A stretch of DNA of 62,976 nt, counting the filler, from Octopus bimaculoides (taxonomy: Eukaryota): assembly GCF_001194135.2 (NCBI RefSeq). It is 4 parts of 4 records of this genome, joined end to end, with 100 filler letters (N's around TTAATTAATTAA, not from the genome) between each part and the next. Parts side by side here need not be neighbours in the genome. Positions count along the whole stretch, not along the records: positions 1 to 17,881 come from NC_069006.1; 3 more parts are not named here. The stretch is one strand, 5' to 3'. This document shows, piece after piece, positions 1 through 14,267 of this stretch (position 1 is its first letter; each line of letters begins with the position of its first letter). A model generated the notes under the pieces. It made no database searches, had not been told where the DNA came from, and worked only from the letters and a program-made list of their open reading frames with translations. The position numbers and the translations under genes are program-made.

Positions 1-21
1 CTAATCGTTCGACCTACCTAC

Positions 22-97
<76 letters not shown>

Positions 98-110
98 TTA
101 TCTATCTATA
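1..110. repeat. (ACCT)/(ATCT)n microsatellite
   Basis: Direct reading. Confidence 0.95.
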
Positions 111-1745
111 CGAATGAAGCTGTATACGGTAATTTGCAACTTCTATATACGAAAATCGAGAAGTAATCTTGCGAAATAGAGCTTATTTTAACGAAATACC
201 TATTGAAATCACCTGAGGAGACACATCTACACCGAGGAATACGCCTAAACCTGATTTCAGAATCTCACCCGCGAAGGATGACTGCTAGATGGGTCGAAAT
301 AATTCTAGTGATCCATAAAGATTCTCGTATCTTCCACATTCCGTCTCATTAATATGATACACACGCACACACACAAGTATGTCACCACCTGAGATTTTGC
401 CCATGGACCTAGATTAGATATCGCGTTGAAATTTATCATTGACATTATTATATTACATACATACATAGTTATAGATATCATTTCTTGCCATCCTAAAAAG
501 AAAAAATATATTGTTTAATCAAGTTCTATTTCTGATGTTTGTGGTAAAAAAAAATACAATCAGACCGTCTGTAACTATAGGTTTGCTCGATCAGAGCAAA
601 CCTATAGGCAAGACAACAGAATTTTCCTTCTTTCGTGACTGATCGACTGGCTGCAACTGATGGGAAACCTCAATAATGTGAACGGGCATACGTTAAAGGA
701 TAAAGAGGGAGAGGCATCAAAAATCAAGCATGCAGACTCAGCTAATCTTACCTAGCCATCTTTAAAAGATGCTTTACTTTACAAATTCCTTGATATTTTA
801 TATTATTAACAACGGAATAACTTGTATTGTCACGGAACATTTTTAATTAACGTTCAGTTGTGACTTGTTATATATTGGCCTCAAATTTTGGCACAAGTCC
901 AGCAGGTTTTGGGGAGGGAGCTATAGGCTTGCTTTGTAAGCGCTGGGGTAACCTTTTCAGACTTACAAATTTGAACTGAGGACATACGGCTTCCTATTAA
1001 ATATTCTAAGTTATTTCGTCCAGTATTCTAATGATCAGCTAATCCACGCCAATCTGAAGAGAGTCGCCCGGCAATTTACCGTATAAATTTATTTGATTTA
1101 TTCTTAGCTAAGCTACTTCCACACGGATAATCAAAGATGTATTTGTACTTTAAATAACCATCCATAATGTTTTCACACAATTAACTGTTGCTATGGTCAG
1201 GGAGCGATTTTAAAAAAATTATAAAATAAAAACAAAATGTCCTCTATTTTGTTTTCAGTTTAAATATTTAATATTTTTCGTCTGTCTCGGCGCCAAACCA
1301 AGACATTCTTTCATATTTCACAGATTATTTTCTTCATCAAACGCGGAATTGTTTATTTTTCTTCTATTATTGTCTGGAATAGTTTGAAGTTTGCGACGAA
1401 AAGTTGCTCATTATAGATCTAAATATTTTTTTTTTTAAATTAATTAGAATTCTTTATAAATTACCTTTATTAGTCGGTGGTTGAGTAACTTTTTTTTCAT
1501 ACTGACTGTATCAAATTATTATGTAGTCACTAACATGTAGTTATGTGTACTTTAATGCTTTTATTTCTAGTTTATTTATTATGATAACATTATAACTTCC
1601 TGAATGAATGTCTAGACTGCCTGGCAGTTACAGTCTCGCTTACAGCCGCATGCATCAATTTTAAATCATTTTAGGAATTGAAAATATTTTTTTTCTAGAG
1701 AAATTAAAAGCGAATGATGTTTCGTTTTTAGTCTGTAGTATCAGG

Positions 1746-2298
1746 AAGGCGATGAGCTGGCAGAATCGTTAGTACACCAGCCAAAATGATTAATAGTATT
1801 TCCTCTGTCTTTACGCTCTGAGTTCAAATTACGCCGAAGTCAATTTTGCCTTTTATTCTTTCGGGGTCGATGAAATAAGTAACGGTTGAGCACTGGAGGC
1901 GATATAATTGACTTACTTTTTCTCCTTAAATTGCTGACCTTGTGCCAAAATTTGAAACGAATATATAATACCAGGAAGGGGTGAGCTGACAGAATCGCTA
2001 GCACGCCGGGCGAAATGCCTTTCATCCTTTCGGGGTCGATAAATTAAGTACCAGTTACGCACTGGAGTCGATGTAATCGACTGAATCCCTTTGTCTGTCC
2101 TTGTTTGTCCCCTCTATGTTTAGCCCCTTGTGGGCAATAAAGAAATAAGAATAGTTAGCACGCCAGGCAAAGTGCTTAAACAGCATTTCGTCTATCTCTA
2201 TGCTCTGGGTTCAAATTACGCTGAAGTCAGCTTTGCCTTTTATTCTTTCGGGGTCAATAAGACAATTACCATTTGGGTACAGGGGTCGACGTCATCGA
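1746..2298 (+). mobile_element. Three head-to-tail family A SINEs (1746-1962, 1976-2150, 2151-2298)
   Basis: Repeated gagctggcagaatcgttag...gttcaaatt...ctttcggggtcga motifs. Confidence 0.85.
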
Positions 2299-2789
2299 AA
2301 CGATAAGAGGTACATAGGCCCTCAACATGCTTCAACAAGTTACCTCATATATCTATTTACAAATGTGTCTCTAATTAGAGACATCACACCTACGAAATAC
2401 GCTATTTATCAGATATCTACGAATAAAGATAAACTTAAGAATTATTTAATTTGATATTTCAATGATAATCTACTTTATTTATGTTATACATAAGATTTAC
2501 CGATAAAGCGGAATGAAACTGGGATTAAGTTTTTTAAAGTAAATATTTCAAATAACATCCTGTTGAAGGACGTTTTTAGTATAGGAAGGTCCCCAAATTA
2601 ATTATATTTATTTACATTTTCGGATTCTGTTTCATGGCATTTCATTTTAATGCTGTGTTTAGTTAATGTTTGCAACTCAAGTTTGAAAATATACATGTCA
2701 GATAGGTACGGGGATAGAGGAGCAGTGAATACGAAACAAATACTTTAAATAAAAGCATACGCCCGCATAAATACGTATGTGCGTGTGTG

Positions 2790-2945
<156 letters not shown>

Positions 2946-3557
2946 GACGTATACATTGATGGATGGATACATTCATGCATACCAAGATATATATNNNNNN
3001 NNNNNNNNNNNNNNNNNNNNNNNNNNNNNNNNNNNNNNNNNNNNNNNNNNNNNNNNNNNNNNNNNNNNNNNNNNNNNNNNNNNNNNNNNNNNNNNNNNNN
3101 NNNNNNNNNNNNNNNNNNNNNNNNNNNNNNNNNNNNNNNNNNNNNNNNNNNNNNNNNNNNNNNNNNNNNNNNNNNNNNNNNNNNNNNNNNNNNNNNNNNN
3201 NNNNNNNNNNNNNNNNNNNNNNNNNNNNNNNNNNNNNNNNNNNNNNNNNNNNNNNNNNNNNNNNNNNNNNNNNNNNNNNNNNNNNNNNNNNNNNNNNNNN
3301 NNNNNNNNNNNNNNNNNNNNNNNNNNNNNNNNNNNNNTATATACACACACACACGCATACATACCTTTTAACATACATATACAAATGTATGCAAATTTAT
3401 ATGCATGCACGTATATATGTTATATATATAAACATACATAGGTGCATATATCTGTGTGTATATAGAGAGAAAGAAAGAGGGGGGATATACCATGCACATA
3501 CGTACGTCAGCACATATATATATGTATGTGCTTGTGTGTATGCTCCTGTAGATAAAC

Positions 3558-3606
<49 letters not shown>

Positions 3607-4963
3607 GAGATCGGTGAATGAGAAAGTGGAGAGGAGAGAGAGCCGCATAATTCATTGCTCCTGGGAGGCTATTGGAGTTGTTTACATTCAAGAAAGTTTA
3701 TCGTTTTGTTCGTATGATTATTTATAAATTTACCGATTTATTAATCAGGTTTAGTGCATGCGAACCTCAAGTGTTGACGTCTTTTTACTCTAATAAAAAA
3801 AACTTGCTTAGGAATCACTCGCAAGAGAGTAGGTCTCCTAGCTTGTACCACGCTTTCGTTACTTGTTCTTCGGGCACCTATGTGACCGCCAGTGAATATA
3901 GATAGACGCTGTTTGAACCCTGTCAGGTATGATCCACTGGTTGATTGGGAATGTAGCAGAGACGACTGAAGCTGCATCTGCTCTTGGTTTGAATTCATTG
4001 TCAGAGGGAAACAAGCTGTATCAGCCTTTGCCTTTCCCTTGGATCACATCAGTAGAGTGGAGAGTGGGGTCTGGTACGCATTGGTGACTGCTGGTCTTCC
4101 ATGAACTACCTTGCTTGGACTTGTGCCTCGAAGGGGAACTTTCTCGGTGCAATCCCATGGTCATTCATGACCGAAGGGGGTCTTTGTGGCATTCTGTGAT
4201 GATGCAAAAGCATAAATGTTCTCGCGTTACGTCTTCCCAAAGAAAGATTTGCGTGTGACACAACTTTGAGCAAGTTTTCCCTTTAAACTATAAGCACAAT
4301 CCACGTAACAGAGACTTACATGCAATTTATATTTATGGAACTTCACGCACAAGGCGACAAATGGTGAAATAATCATCTCGTCGGATAAAATGCTTAACCG
4401 CATTTCTGCCGGATCTTTACGTTCTGAGCACAAATCTCGTCAGGGTCAACTGTGTCTGCTATCCCTTCAGGTTCGATAAAATAAGTACCAATTGAGGACT
4501 TGGGTCGACATGATAGAGTATAATAGAATTATCCTCTATCCTCAGAAAATTCTTAGCCTGGAACCCTACAATGGATTGGTACCCCGTTCAGTGGGATTAT
4601 TGCGATGCCGGTGAGTTATACAGCAGTCGGTTAACCAGGTCTATGAGTCTTAGGGCTAAAGAAAATTAGAAGGAAACTTTCAAAAAATGTCACTCACAAG
4701 TCACAGGGATGTTGTTTCAGTCGTATGGTACCACACTGTGGGAACGAACCCTGGAGTTTAAGATTGCGAAACGATCTTCTTGTCATACATAATTTAACTA
4801 AATTGGCAAGTCATTTTCACATTGTATCATTTTTGTAGCATCTAATTCGTCTCTTGTCGCATTTTTGTTGTTTTGAACAGAAATTATCTTCAACACGATT
4901 CCACACTTACCATTTCTCTTAGTACATTATACAATTCTACGCTATCAATCACATAAACCGATA

Positions 4964-5004
<41 letters not shown>

Positions 5005-5767
5005 NNNNNNNNNNNNNNNNNNNNNNNNNNNNNNNNNNNNNNNNNNNNNNNNNNNNNNNNNNNNNNNNNNNNNNNNNNNNNNNNNNNNNNNNNNNNNNNN
5101 NNNNNNNNNNNNNNNNNNNNNNNNNNNNNNNNNNNNNNNNNNNNNNNNNNNNNNNNNNNNNNNNNNNNNNNNNNNNNNNNNNNNNNNNNNNNNNNNNNNN
5201 NNNNNNNNNNNNNNNNNNNNNNNNNNNNNNNNNNNNNNNNNNNNNNNNNNNNNNNNNNNNNNNNNNNNNNNNNNNNNNNNNNNNNNNNNNNNNNNNNNNN
5301 NNNNNNNNNNNNNNNNNNNNNNNNNNNNNNNNNNNNNNNNNNNNNNNNNNNNNNNNNNNNNNNNNNNNNNNNNNNNNNNNNNNNNNNNNNNNNNNNNNNN
5401 NNNNNNNNNNNNNNNNNNNNNNNNNNNNNNNNNNNNNNNNNNNNNNNNNNNNNNNNNNNNNNNNNNNNNNNNNNNNNNNNNNNNNNNNNNNNNNNNNNNN
5501 NNNNNNNNNNNNNNNNNNNNNNNNNNNNNNNNNNNNNNNNNNNNNNNNNNNNNNNNNNNNNNNNNNNNNNNNNNNNNNNNNNNNNNNNNNNNNNNNNNNN
5601 NNNNNNNNNNNNNNNNNNNNNNNNNNNNNNNNNNNNNNNNNNNNNNNNNNNNNNNNNNNNNNNNNNNNNNNNNNNNNNNNNNNNNNNNNNNNNNNNNNNN
5701 NNNNNNNNNNNNNNNNNNNNNNNNNNNNNNNNNNNNNNNNNNNNNNNNNNNNNNNNNNNNNNNNNNN

Positions 5768-5892
5768 GTCATCCTCACCTTCTACATCCCTTACTACCAT
5801 GACTATCATCATCATCATCATAATCAGTAATACCACCACCATCATCATCAACCTCATCACTAGTCATAAATCGCCATCATTATTTTTGTCAC

Positions 5893-5934
<42 letters not shown>

Positions 5935-6429
5935 TTTTGACATCATCATCATCATCGTCATATCATCATCATCATCATCACAGTCAACACCACTAGTATC
6001 ATCGTCATCATAACCGTCGTCACCATTAATAGCGTCATTAACCGTCAACACCACCACTGCCACCACCATCGTTATCATCATCAACATCACTACCACCACC
6101 ACCATCAGCATCTTCGTCATCATCATCATCATTACCAAGAAACAAACATCATCTTCTCTACAATCAGTATCGCCACATTTACCACTAACATCATCGTCAT
6201 CAACATCATCTTCATCATTATCTTCTCTACAATCAGCATCACCACCACCACCACCATCACCACCACCACCACTGTCATCACCGTTATCATAAAACATCGC
6301 CGCAACATCACATGCTGTGATGTTGCATAGAATTTCTGCACATATTTTTAACATTTGCATTTCACGGTGTTTAAAAGCAAAACGCTGTTCTCTTGCATTG
6401 TTAATAGAGAACAAGAAAACAGCAATAAG

Positions 6430-6466
<37 letters not shown>

Positions 6467-6500
6467 GCAACAACAACTAAAATAATAGTAGTAGCAACAA
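5768..6500. repeat. Degenerate CAT/CAC and AAC trinucleotide array
   Basis: Direct reading; source of the poly-H/I/S/D/M/V pseudo-ORFs. Confidence 0.9.
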
Positions 6501-7185
6501 CAAGGAACAAAAACGATCTAAATCTAGTCGGAAAATATATATGCAAAGAAACCTTTAATTTGAGGGTCACGGGTTCATGCTGCTCTGCCGGTGCATAATC
6601 GCTTAGGCGCAGGCATAGCTGTGAAGTTAAGGAACTCGCTTTGCAACCACGAAGTTTGCGGTTCAGTCCTGCTGGTACTTTTACCTTCAGCTTTAGTCCC
6701 CTTGCCCCAAATTTCAGGCCTTGTTCCTATAATAGAAAAGAAGATATCTCTGAGCGATGGTACTGACGTAGATTCAAGTAAATGAAACTGCGCATTCTTT
6801 GATTAATCTGTTGTTATATTTTCGTATATATAATTTTGCCTACGGCTATGTAGTCAGCAATATTGTGATTTCTTGAATCTTTCCATTTTTTGACATATTC
6901 AGCAGTTAGGCAAGTGTCAAGAATTGCTGAAAAATAAAGTAGTGAGGTTTGCATATAGCATTTGTCTGAAATATTTTTTAAGCCAAATACTGCGAGTTAT
7001 AAGAATTACTACAAATCGCCTGCTTTTACTTTTGTCTTGTATTTCAATATTTCGGGGCTAGAAACTCATCTTAGGAAAATCTTCGGAGGAATGGTGTGTG
7101 TGAGCTGAGTTCTCTATTCGGTAGTTTCAAACCATACACTTGTTATTACTTATAACTCGCTGTGATTTTTTAAAATATATTATAG

Positions 7186-7272
7186 ACCATTCTAACTGAG
7201 GAAGAAGACAGCTTCACATTAGAGCAAATGCTTACCATTTATGATATTGATTCCTTGCATTGTATTCTATAC
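7186..7272 (+). CDS. Candidate 87-nt exon (TILTEEEDSFTLEQMLTIYDIDSLHCILY)
   Basis: attatAG acceptor, GTGAGA donor, 29 open codons, phase 0-0, unique sequence. No homology recognised. Confidence 0.3.
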
Positions 7273-8449
7273 GTGAGACGTGTGACAGCATGGTAGCATA
7301 AATTTGAAAGAATTCGGGAATAAAAAACAAACGGCAACAAGACATCAATAAACGGGAGATACAATAAAAAAAAGAACGGTTGTTCGACGTTTCGGAATGT
7401 AGTACTTCATCAAATATTGAGAGAATAAGTGACTGCTTGGCTTTGATGCATAATTTGTTTGAATTAGTTTCAGATGTGAATGATTTAGTTCAGTTCTGAA
7501 ACCAAGAACTCGTCAAGCTCAACAATAATCGGTTTTTCTCGACTAAGACACTTTTTTTTTCATCCGTCTCCGTTTCACAGTTTTTCTTTCCGGGGATATT
7601 TTTTTTTCCTAACGTAGTCTCGGTTTTAAATTAGTTTTTACTATTGTAAATATACTTCGTAATTATTTTCCCCCTCCTTTTCTCAACTGTCTCTTGTCTA
7701 AGTCTCTATTATATCTCTATATGTCGCTATCAGAAAATAGATTATTATTTTTTTAAATATTTGTTCTGGTCTGTAGCTATTTGTATTAACTTCCAATTAT
7801 CCATTTACTCTTTATTAGATATTTTCGTAGCCTTAGAGTAAATATTTCACAATAAATTTCTAATAGCGTTCGTCGTAATTATAATAGTTTTCTAATTGTG
7901 TATATTCGTAAATATAACTGTAAATATAATATAATAGTTTTCTAATTGTGTTCGTAAATATAATCTTTCTATATCGGCTTTATGGTCATGTTCTAAATGC
8001 AATCTCTATTTACCTCGGTTTCCATTCTATCCGAGCAAATTCAATTAACCACCAGTTGAGAATACGATAACTGTAACTTATTAGAGAAACAGCTTGAGTA
8101 TTCATATATTTTATCTTATTTTTAGCATTTAACACTTTTCAACCATTAAACCTAATGCGTTTACAATACTCCTTCCGCAACCTTTTCTTTCATTCACATA
8201 CTTTATACACTGTCTACCTCATTAATTCCTACGTATTTCTAACTCTCTTTTTGCCTAATTCTCTTATCTCAATGTTTATCTAACATAATATTGTTTTATT
8301 TTCATTAGTTTACTTCGTTTCAAGGTAATATTAGTGCATTTATCCAATCCTAACCGAATTTCATTCTAATTTCCCTAGTGATTTCTTGAACGACATCTGT
8401 ATTATATCGCTTTAGGTCATCCATATCAGAAAGGTAGTTAACACAACGA

Positions 8450-8945
8450 CACATGTATTTTATCGATGCCGGATGAATGAAAGGCAAAAGTCGATTCCCA
8501 CCGGATTTGAACCTAACTAAAGAACACATTGCATTATATCTAACACTATAACGATTCTGTTAATCCAACGTAATCTGAATGTGCAAAATATTGATCGCTG
8601 AAGAAGGATGGCCTCATTTGATCGAGACACCTGTACTTTTCTTTTTATAAGTTGACTATTTACTTTATCGGTTTCGTTTGAGGAACCGCTAAATTACTGG
8701 GACGATACAAATCAGCACCCGTTTTCAAAGGCTGGGAGTGGTACCAACACACACACACACACACACACTCTTAATTGAAAAAATTAAAATTCTTTCAATG
8801 GTGGTTTCAAATTTAGCACAAGACTAGCAGTTTAAAGGGAGGGTATGTCAATTACATTCGCCCCAGTGATCGATAAAATATGGTACATATTTTATCGATC
8901 CCGAAAGGACAAAACTCAAACTCAACTGCGGCGAAATTTAAACTC
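8450..8945 (-). mobile_element. Two diverged family A SINEs (8450-8560, 8795-8945) around a family B 3'-half remnant (8615-8770)
   Basis: tatcgatcccgaaaggacaaaactcaaactcaactgcggcgaaatttaaactcag and related motifs. Confidence 0.65.
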
Positions 8946-9083
8946 AGACCGTCTTCAGGGGGGAAAGATCGGCAACTAAACTTCGAAGTGTAAGTTCAAA
9001 TCATTTGAGCACTACTACGTGTTTTTCTATATTATATTGAGCATCTCCGGACTTCATCTGTTGACTATCTGTCTCTCTCATTT

Positions 9084-9134
<51 letters not shown>

Positions 9135-9777
9135 NNNNNNNNNNNNNNNNNNNNNNNNNNNNNNNNNNNNNNNNNNNNNNNNNNNNNNNNNNNNNNNNNN
9201 NNNNNNNNNNNNNNNNNNNNNNNNNNNNNNNNNNNNNNNNNNNNNNNNNNNNNNNNNNNNNNNNNNNNNNNNNNNNNNNNNNNNNNNNNNNNNNNNNNNN
9301 NNNNNNNNNNNNNNNNNNNNNNNNNNNNNNNNNNNNNNNNNNNNNNNNNNNNNNNNNNNNNNNNNNNNNNNNNNNNNNNNNNNNNNNNNNNNNNNNNNNN
9401 NNNNNNNNNNNNNNNNNNNNNNNNNNNNNNNNNNNNNNNNNNNNNNNNNNNNNNNNNNNNNNNNNNNNNNNNNNNNNNNNNNNNNNNNNNNNNNNNNNNN
9501 NNNNNNNNNNNNNNNNNNNNNNNNNNNNNNNNNNNNNNNNNNNNNNNNNNNNNNNNNNNNNNNNNNNNNNNNNNNNNNNNNNNNNNNNNNNNNNNNNNNN
9601 NNNNNNNNNNNNNNNNNNNNNNNNNNNNNNNNNNNNNNNNNNNNNNNNNNNNNNNNNNNNNNNNNNNNNNNNNNNNNNNNNNNNNNNNNNNNNNNNNNNN
9701 NNNNNNNNNNNNNNNNNNNNNNNNNNNNNNNNNNNNNNNNNNNNNNNNNNNNNNNAATAATAATAATAATAATGATA

Positions 9778-9853
<76 letters not shown>

Positions 9854-9861
9854 CAACAACA

Positions 9862-9992
9862 ACATTCTACGCAAAACACTTTCAATACAGTAAACATAAG
9901 AGCACCACAGCAAACCACAGCACATACCCAAGGCGCACAGAGCTGCGCTCGGTAGTGAAGTGAAAGCACGTTATAAAAATAAAACTACTGAA
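9862..9992 (+). mobile_element. Short Dong-like 3' end (last codons, 3' UTR, (AAT)n tail); same family at 18583-18722(-), 44346-44730(-), 45031-45190(-), 56075-56232(+), 56305-56502(+)
   Basis: Shared 3' UTR ...ttcaatacagtaa..cacagcacatacccaaggcgcacagagctgcgctcggtagtgaagtgaaagcacgttataaaaataaaactactgAATAAT. Longer copies encode [37 protein letters not shown]. Confidence 0.85.
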
Positions 9993-10009
9993 TAATAATA
10001 ATAATAATA

Positions 10010-10047
<38 letters not shown>

Positions 10048-10065
10048 CATTATTATTATTATAAA

Positions 10066-10270
10066 GCCAATTCTTCTCTGTGGTGAAATATTCCAAGAGC
10101 AACTCCCTATCAACAGCTCAAAATTGTTTTGCAGTGAACTCCTTTCTTTAATCAACATTCTGAATCGAGCTGGGCTCAAATGCAAGTGTTATGGCACCGA
10201 GGTTTCCCGATTCCTGTAATAGAGATGGCCTGAAGCTAAAAAGCTGCAGATAATATCAATGAAGGCACTT
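10066..10270 (+). mobile_element. Decayed RT-domain fragment of an RLE-clade LINE
   Basis: GEIFQE..S..KLFC..LL.LINILNRAGLKCKCYG..VSRFL...DGLKL resembles the GIFQGDSLSPLLFC...HLLYMDDLKLY region. Confidence 0.55.
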
Positions 10271-10676
10271 GGGAAATTAGGAGAAAATTCCGTTTGAAAA
10301 CTGCACTAACGTTACCTTGAAGATCGCTAAATTAATTTTCAAAAGTAAATAATACTGCCCCATTTCTGATTCAAAATTTAGTCTCATCGTAAATGATAAA
10401 TACGTAAAGTTCAATTTCGAGTAATATAGACACATAAGGATTGGTTTTCCCCGATTTCTGTGGTGTATATATTTCCCTCCTAGTGGGGACTGGAGAAACG
10501 TAAAATTAAGTGAAGATCACGTGTCCTTCGGTTAAGGAATCGAAAGCAGACTCTCACGATCATGATTCCAACACCCAAACCACTGAACCACGCGCATCCA
10601 TATGATAAATACTCACCGGAAAACGTAATGTCCACCATTTTGAAACCGTCTCACGACCTGCTAGAAATAGCTCCCC

Positions 10677-10962
10677 AGTGAGTTCGATTGCCGGACCGCG
10701 CTGCGTGTTGTGTTCTTGAGCAAGACACTTTATTTCACGTTGTTCCAGTTCACTCAGCTGTAGAAATGAGTTGTGACGTCACTGGTGCCAAGCTGTATCG
10801 GCGCCTTTGCCTTATCCCTAGGATAACATCAGTGGCATGGAGACGGGGAGGCTGGTATGCATGGGCGACTGATGGTCTTCCACAAACAACCTTTGCCCGG
10901 AGTTGACCCTCGGAAGGTAACATTCTAGGTGTAATCCCTTGGTCATTCATGACCGAAGGGGA
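10677..10962 (+). mobile_element. tRNA-derived SINE family C; copies at 54140-54412(+), 4010-4185(+, 3' half), and heads at 10540-10600(-) and 53503-53565(+)
   Basis: gagttcgatt..tgtgttcttgagcaagacactttatttcac..cactcagctgtagaaatgag..gccaagctgtatcgg..ggtcattcatgaccgaaggg. Confidence 0.75.
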
Positions 10963-10974
10963 TTTTTAGTAGTA

Positions 10975-11034
10975 GGAGTAGTAACAGCTGCAACAGCAGC
11001 AGTAGTAGTAGTGATGGTGGTGGTAGCAACAGTC

Positions 11035-11091
<57 letters not shown>

Positions 11092-11367
11092 TGCGCGATT
11101 GCTCTTGTGATAATTTTTTTATTATTGTAATTGTTGTGATTGTGATACTCTGTCAATTGTTGTTGTTCTTGCTACTGTTACTGTTGTTGTTGTTGTCGGA
11201 GGTGGTGGTCGTGGTGAGGTTATTATTGCCGTTCTGATCATTACTGTCTGTTTTGTTTTTTTTTTGTTTTTTTTTTTGTTCTTTTTGCTGTCGTTGACTT
11301 CGTAATTGTTGTTGTTGTTGTTGTTGCTGCTGTCGTCGTCATCGTTAGTTTGTTGCTGTTGTTATTT

Positions 11368-11413
<46 letters not shown>

Positions 11414-11415
11414 AG
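10975..11415. repeat. Degenerate GTA/GTT trinucleotide arrays
   Basis: Direct reading. Confidence 0.9.
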
Positions 11416-12385
11416 TATTTTAATTAATTTATTTGATAAACATGTGCCGCACTAGTTAATCGCTTCACTGAACACTGTTCTAAAATTCTGGAATTTTCTG
11501 TTTTGCTTCCATTCCAACTTAACCAAACTTCTTCTTCTTCTTCTCCTTCTTCTTTTACTTCTTCTCTCTTCTTCACTTTCTTCCCATATCTACCTACTTA
11601 TCTATCTATCTATCTCTCTATNNNNNNNNNNNNNNNNNNNNNNNNNNNNNNNNNNNNNNNNNNNNNNNNNNNNNNNNNNNNNNNNNNNNNNNNNNNNNNN
11701 NNNNNNNNNNNNNNNNNNNNNNNNNNNNNNNNNNNNNNNNNNNNNNNNNNNNNNNNNNNNNNNNNNNNNNNNNNNNNNNNNNNNNNNNNNNNNNNNNNNN
11801 NNNNNNNNNNNNNNNNNNNNNNNNNNNNNNNNNNNNNNNNNNNNNNNNNNNNNNNNNNNNNNNNNNNNNNNNNNNNNNNNNNNNNNNNNNNNNNNNNNNN
11901 NNNNNNNNNNNNNNNNNNNNNNNNNNNNNNNNNNNNNNNNNNNNNNNNNNNNNNNNNNNNNNNNNNNNNNNNNNNNNNNNNNNNNNNNNNNNNNNNNNNN
12001 NNNNNNNNNNNNNNNNNNNNNNNNNNNNNNNNNNNNNNNNNNNNNNNNNNNNNNNNNNNNNNNNNNNNNNNNNNNNNNNNNNNNNNNNNNNNNNNNNNNN
12101 NNNNNNNNNNNNNNNNNNNNNNNNNNNNNNNNNNNNNNNNNNNNNNNNNNNNNNNNNNNNNNNNNNNNNNNNNNNNNNNNNNNNNNNNNNNNNNNNNNNN
12201 NNNNNNNNNNNNNNNNNNNNNNNNNNNNNNNNNNNNNNNNNNNNNNNNNNNNNNNNNNNNNNNNNNNNNNNNNNNNNNNNNNNNNNNNNNNNNNNNNNNN
12301 GTATATGCATACAATCACACGCATACCTGCACATTTATAAACGTACCTCATTACGCAAACACTCATACGCGCACATTTCTGTATC

Positions 12386-12434
<49 letters not shown>

Positions 12435-13409
12435 GCACACTGTAGACTTTCATTAATGTAATACTGTTATAAGATAACCTAGGACAGTTGTTGTCACAGC
12501 TGTTCGCAAAGGGCGGGAAGGAAGCTTTACACACCCTCCTCCTCCCATCACCACTATCGTTCTCCACTTCTGTTAACACTCTACCAATAATATCAATGTC
12601 GGTCTCTTATGCCTGGTCGTTCGTTTGTATGGATGTGTGTAAGTGCGTGCGTATGTATGTATGTATGTGGATGATGGATGGATGGATTGATTAATGGATG
12701 TATGTATGCATATATCCATGTGTTTGTATGCGTCTATGTATCCTGTACACAGGCGCAGGCGTAGCTGGGTGGTAAGAAGCTTGCTTCCCAACCATATTGT
12801 TCCGGGTTCATTCCCACTGCATGACAAAGCATTGTGAGTGGATTTGGGCGACGGAAACTGAAAGAAACCCATTATATATANNNNNNNNNNNNNNNNNNNN
12901 NNNNNNNNNNNNNNNNNNNNNNNNNNNNNNNNNNNNNNNNNNNNNNNNNNNNNNNNNNNNNNNNNNNNNNNNNNNNNNNNNNNNNNNNNNNNNNNNNNNN
13001 NNNNNNNNNNNNNNNNNNNNNNNNNNNNNNNNNNNNNNNNNNNNNNNNNNNNNNNNNNNNNNNNNNNNNNNNNNNNNNNNNNNNNNNNNNNNNNNNNNNN
13101 NNNNNNNNNNNNNNNNNNNNNNNNNNNNNNNNNNNNNNNNNNNNNNNNNNNNNNNNNNNNNNNNNNNNNNNNNNNNNNNNNNNNNNNNNNNNNNNNNNNN
13201 NNNNNNNNNNNNNNNNNNNNNNNNNNNNNNNNNNNNNNNNNNNNNNNNNNNNNNNNNNNNNNNNNNNNNNNNNNNNNNNNNNNNNNNNNNNNNNNNNNNN
13301 NNNNNNNNNNNNNNNNNNNNNNNNNNNNNNNNNNNNNNNNNNNNNNNNNNNNNNNNNNNNNNCTATCTATATCTATCCATCTATTTCTATTGATCGATCA
13401 ATCTATAGA

Positions 13410-13456
<47 letters not shown>

Positions 13457-14230
13457 ATCTATCTATCTATCTAAAGTTCGCTCACTCGCTCACACTTTCT
13501 ATTTTACTACATATAGCTATCTACCTCTCTGTCTCTATCTCTGCCTCTCTCTGTCTCTCTCTGTCTCTTTCTCTCTCAACTGTTTCTGTAAAATGAGAGT
13601 GTACATTTATATATAATTCGTTATATCTGTATATGAGCATGTGTGTATGCATCCGTTCGTGTAAGTATTTATATACCTACACATAAATAGATACATACAT
13701 ACGTGTGTGTATGTATGTATATTTGCATCTGTATATATGTTTCCGCATACGTGTATGCATGACTCTGGCTATTATTACGTAAGCATGAACACTTTAGGGA
13801 CAAACACCAGCTGTTATACAGAGGTAAAGCACCTTCACTGACATTTACACCGTGTACAAGACATTCTCCGGCCTAACGTAACTTGATAATGGCCATTAGT
13901 TCCATACGCATGCGCACTTCATTTAGCCTTTAGCTTAATGGTCGTTTACTTCTGTACATCCTACGTCCAGTTTCGGTGCCAATCGTTCAAACTGCCGTAA
14001 AAAGACCATTCTCTACAGTCAGTTTGGTTCTATTCCCTCATTTTGCTACTCTTCCTATTCCCCTTGGCCCTCCTCCTTGTTGCTGATGTTGTTTCTTCTT
14101 CTTCTTCTTCTTCTTCATTTTCTTAGTCATCATCATCTTCTTCTTCTTCTTCTGGCCAAGCCACATTATACTACGTACCGTATCGTATTCTGCTACCAAC
14201 ATACCAAACTACATGACACCACTTTACACA

Positions 14231-14267
<37 letters not shown>

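Noticed and set aside
5860-6570. 236-aa Asp/Met/Val-rich ORF resembling a secreted acidic protein
   Set aside because: Antisense reading of CAT/CAC/AAC repeats; the apparent signal peptide is (GTT)n.
7383-7414. Second hammerhead-like core on the minus strand (TTGATGA A..GAAAC GTC)
   Set aside because: Stems I and II do not pair; at most a decayed relic.
9990-10062. (AAT)n(ATT)n hairpins (also 20257-20340) as structured RNA
   Set aside because: Explained by abutting microsatellite tails of opposite polarity.
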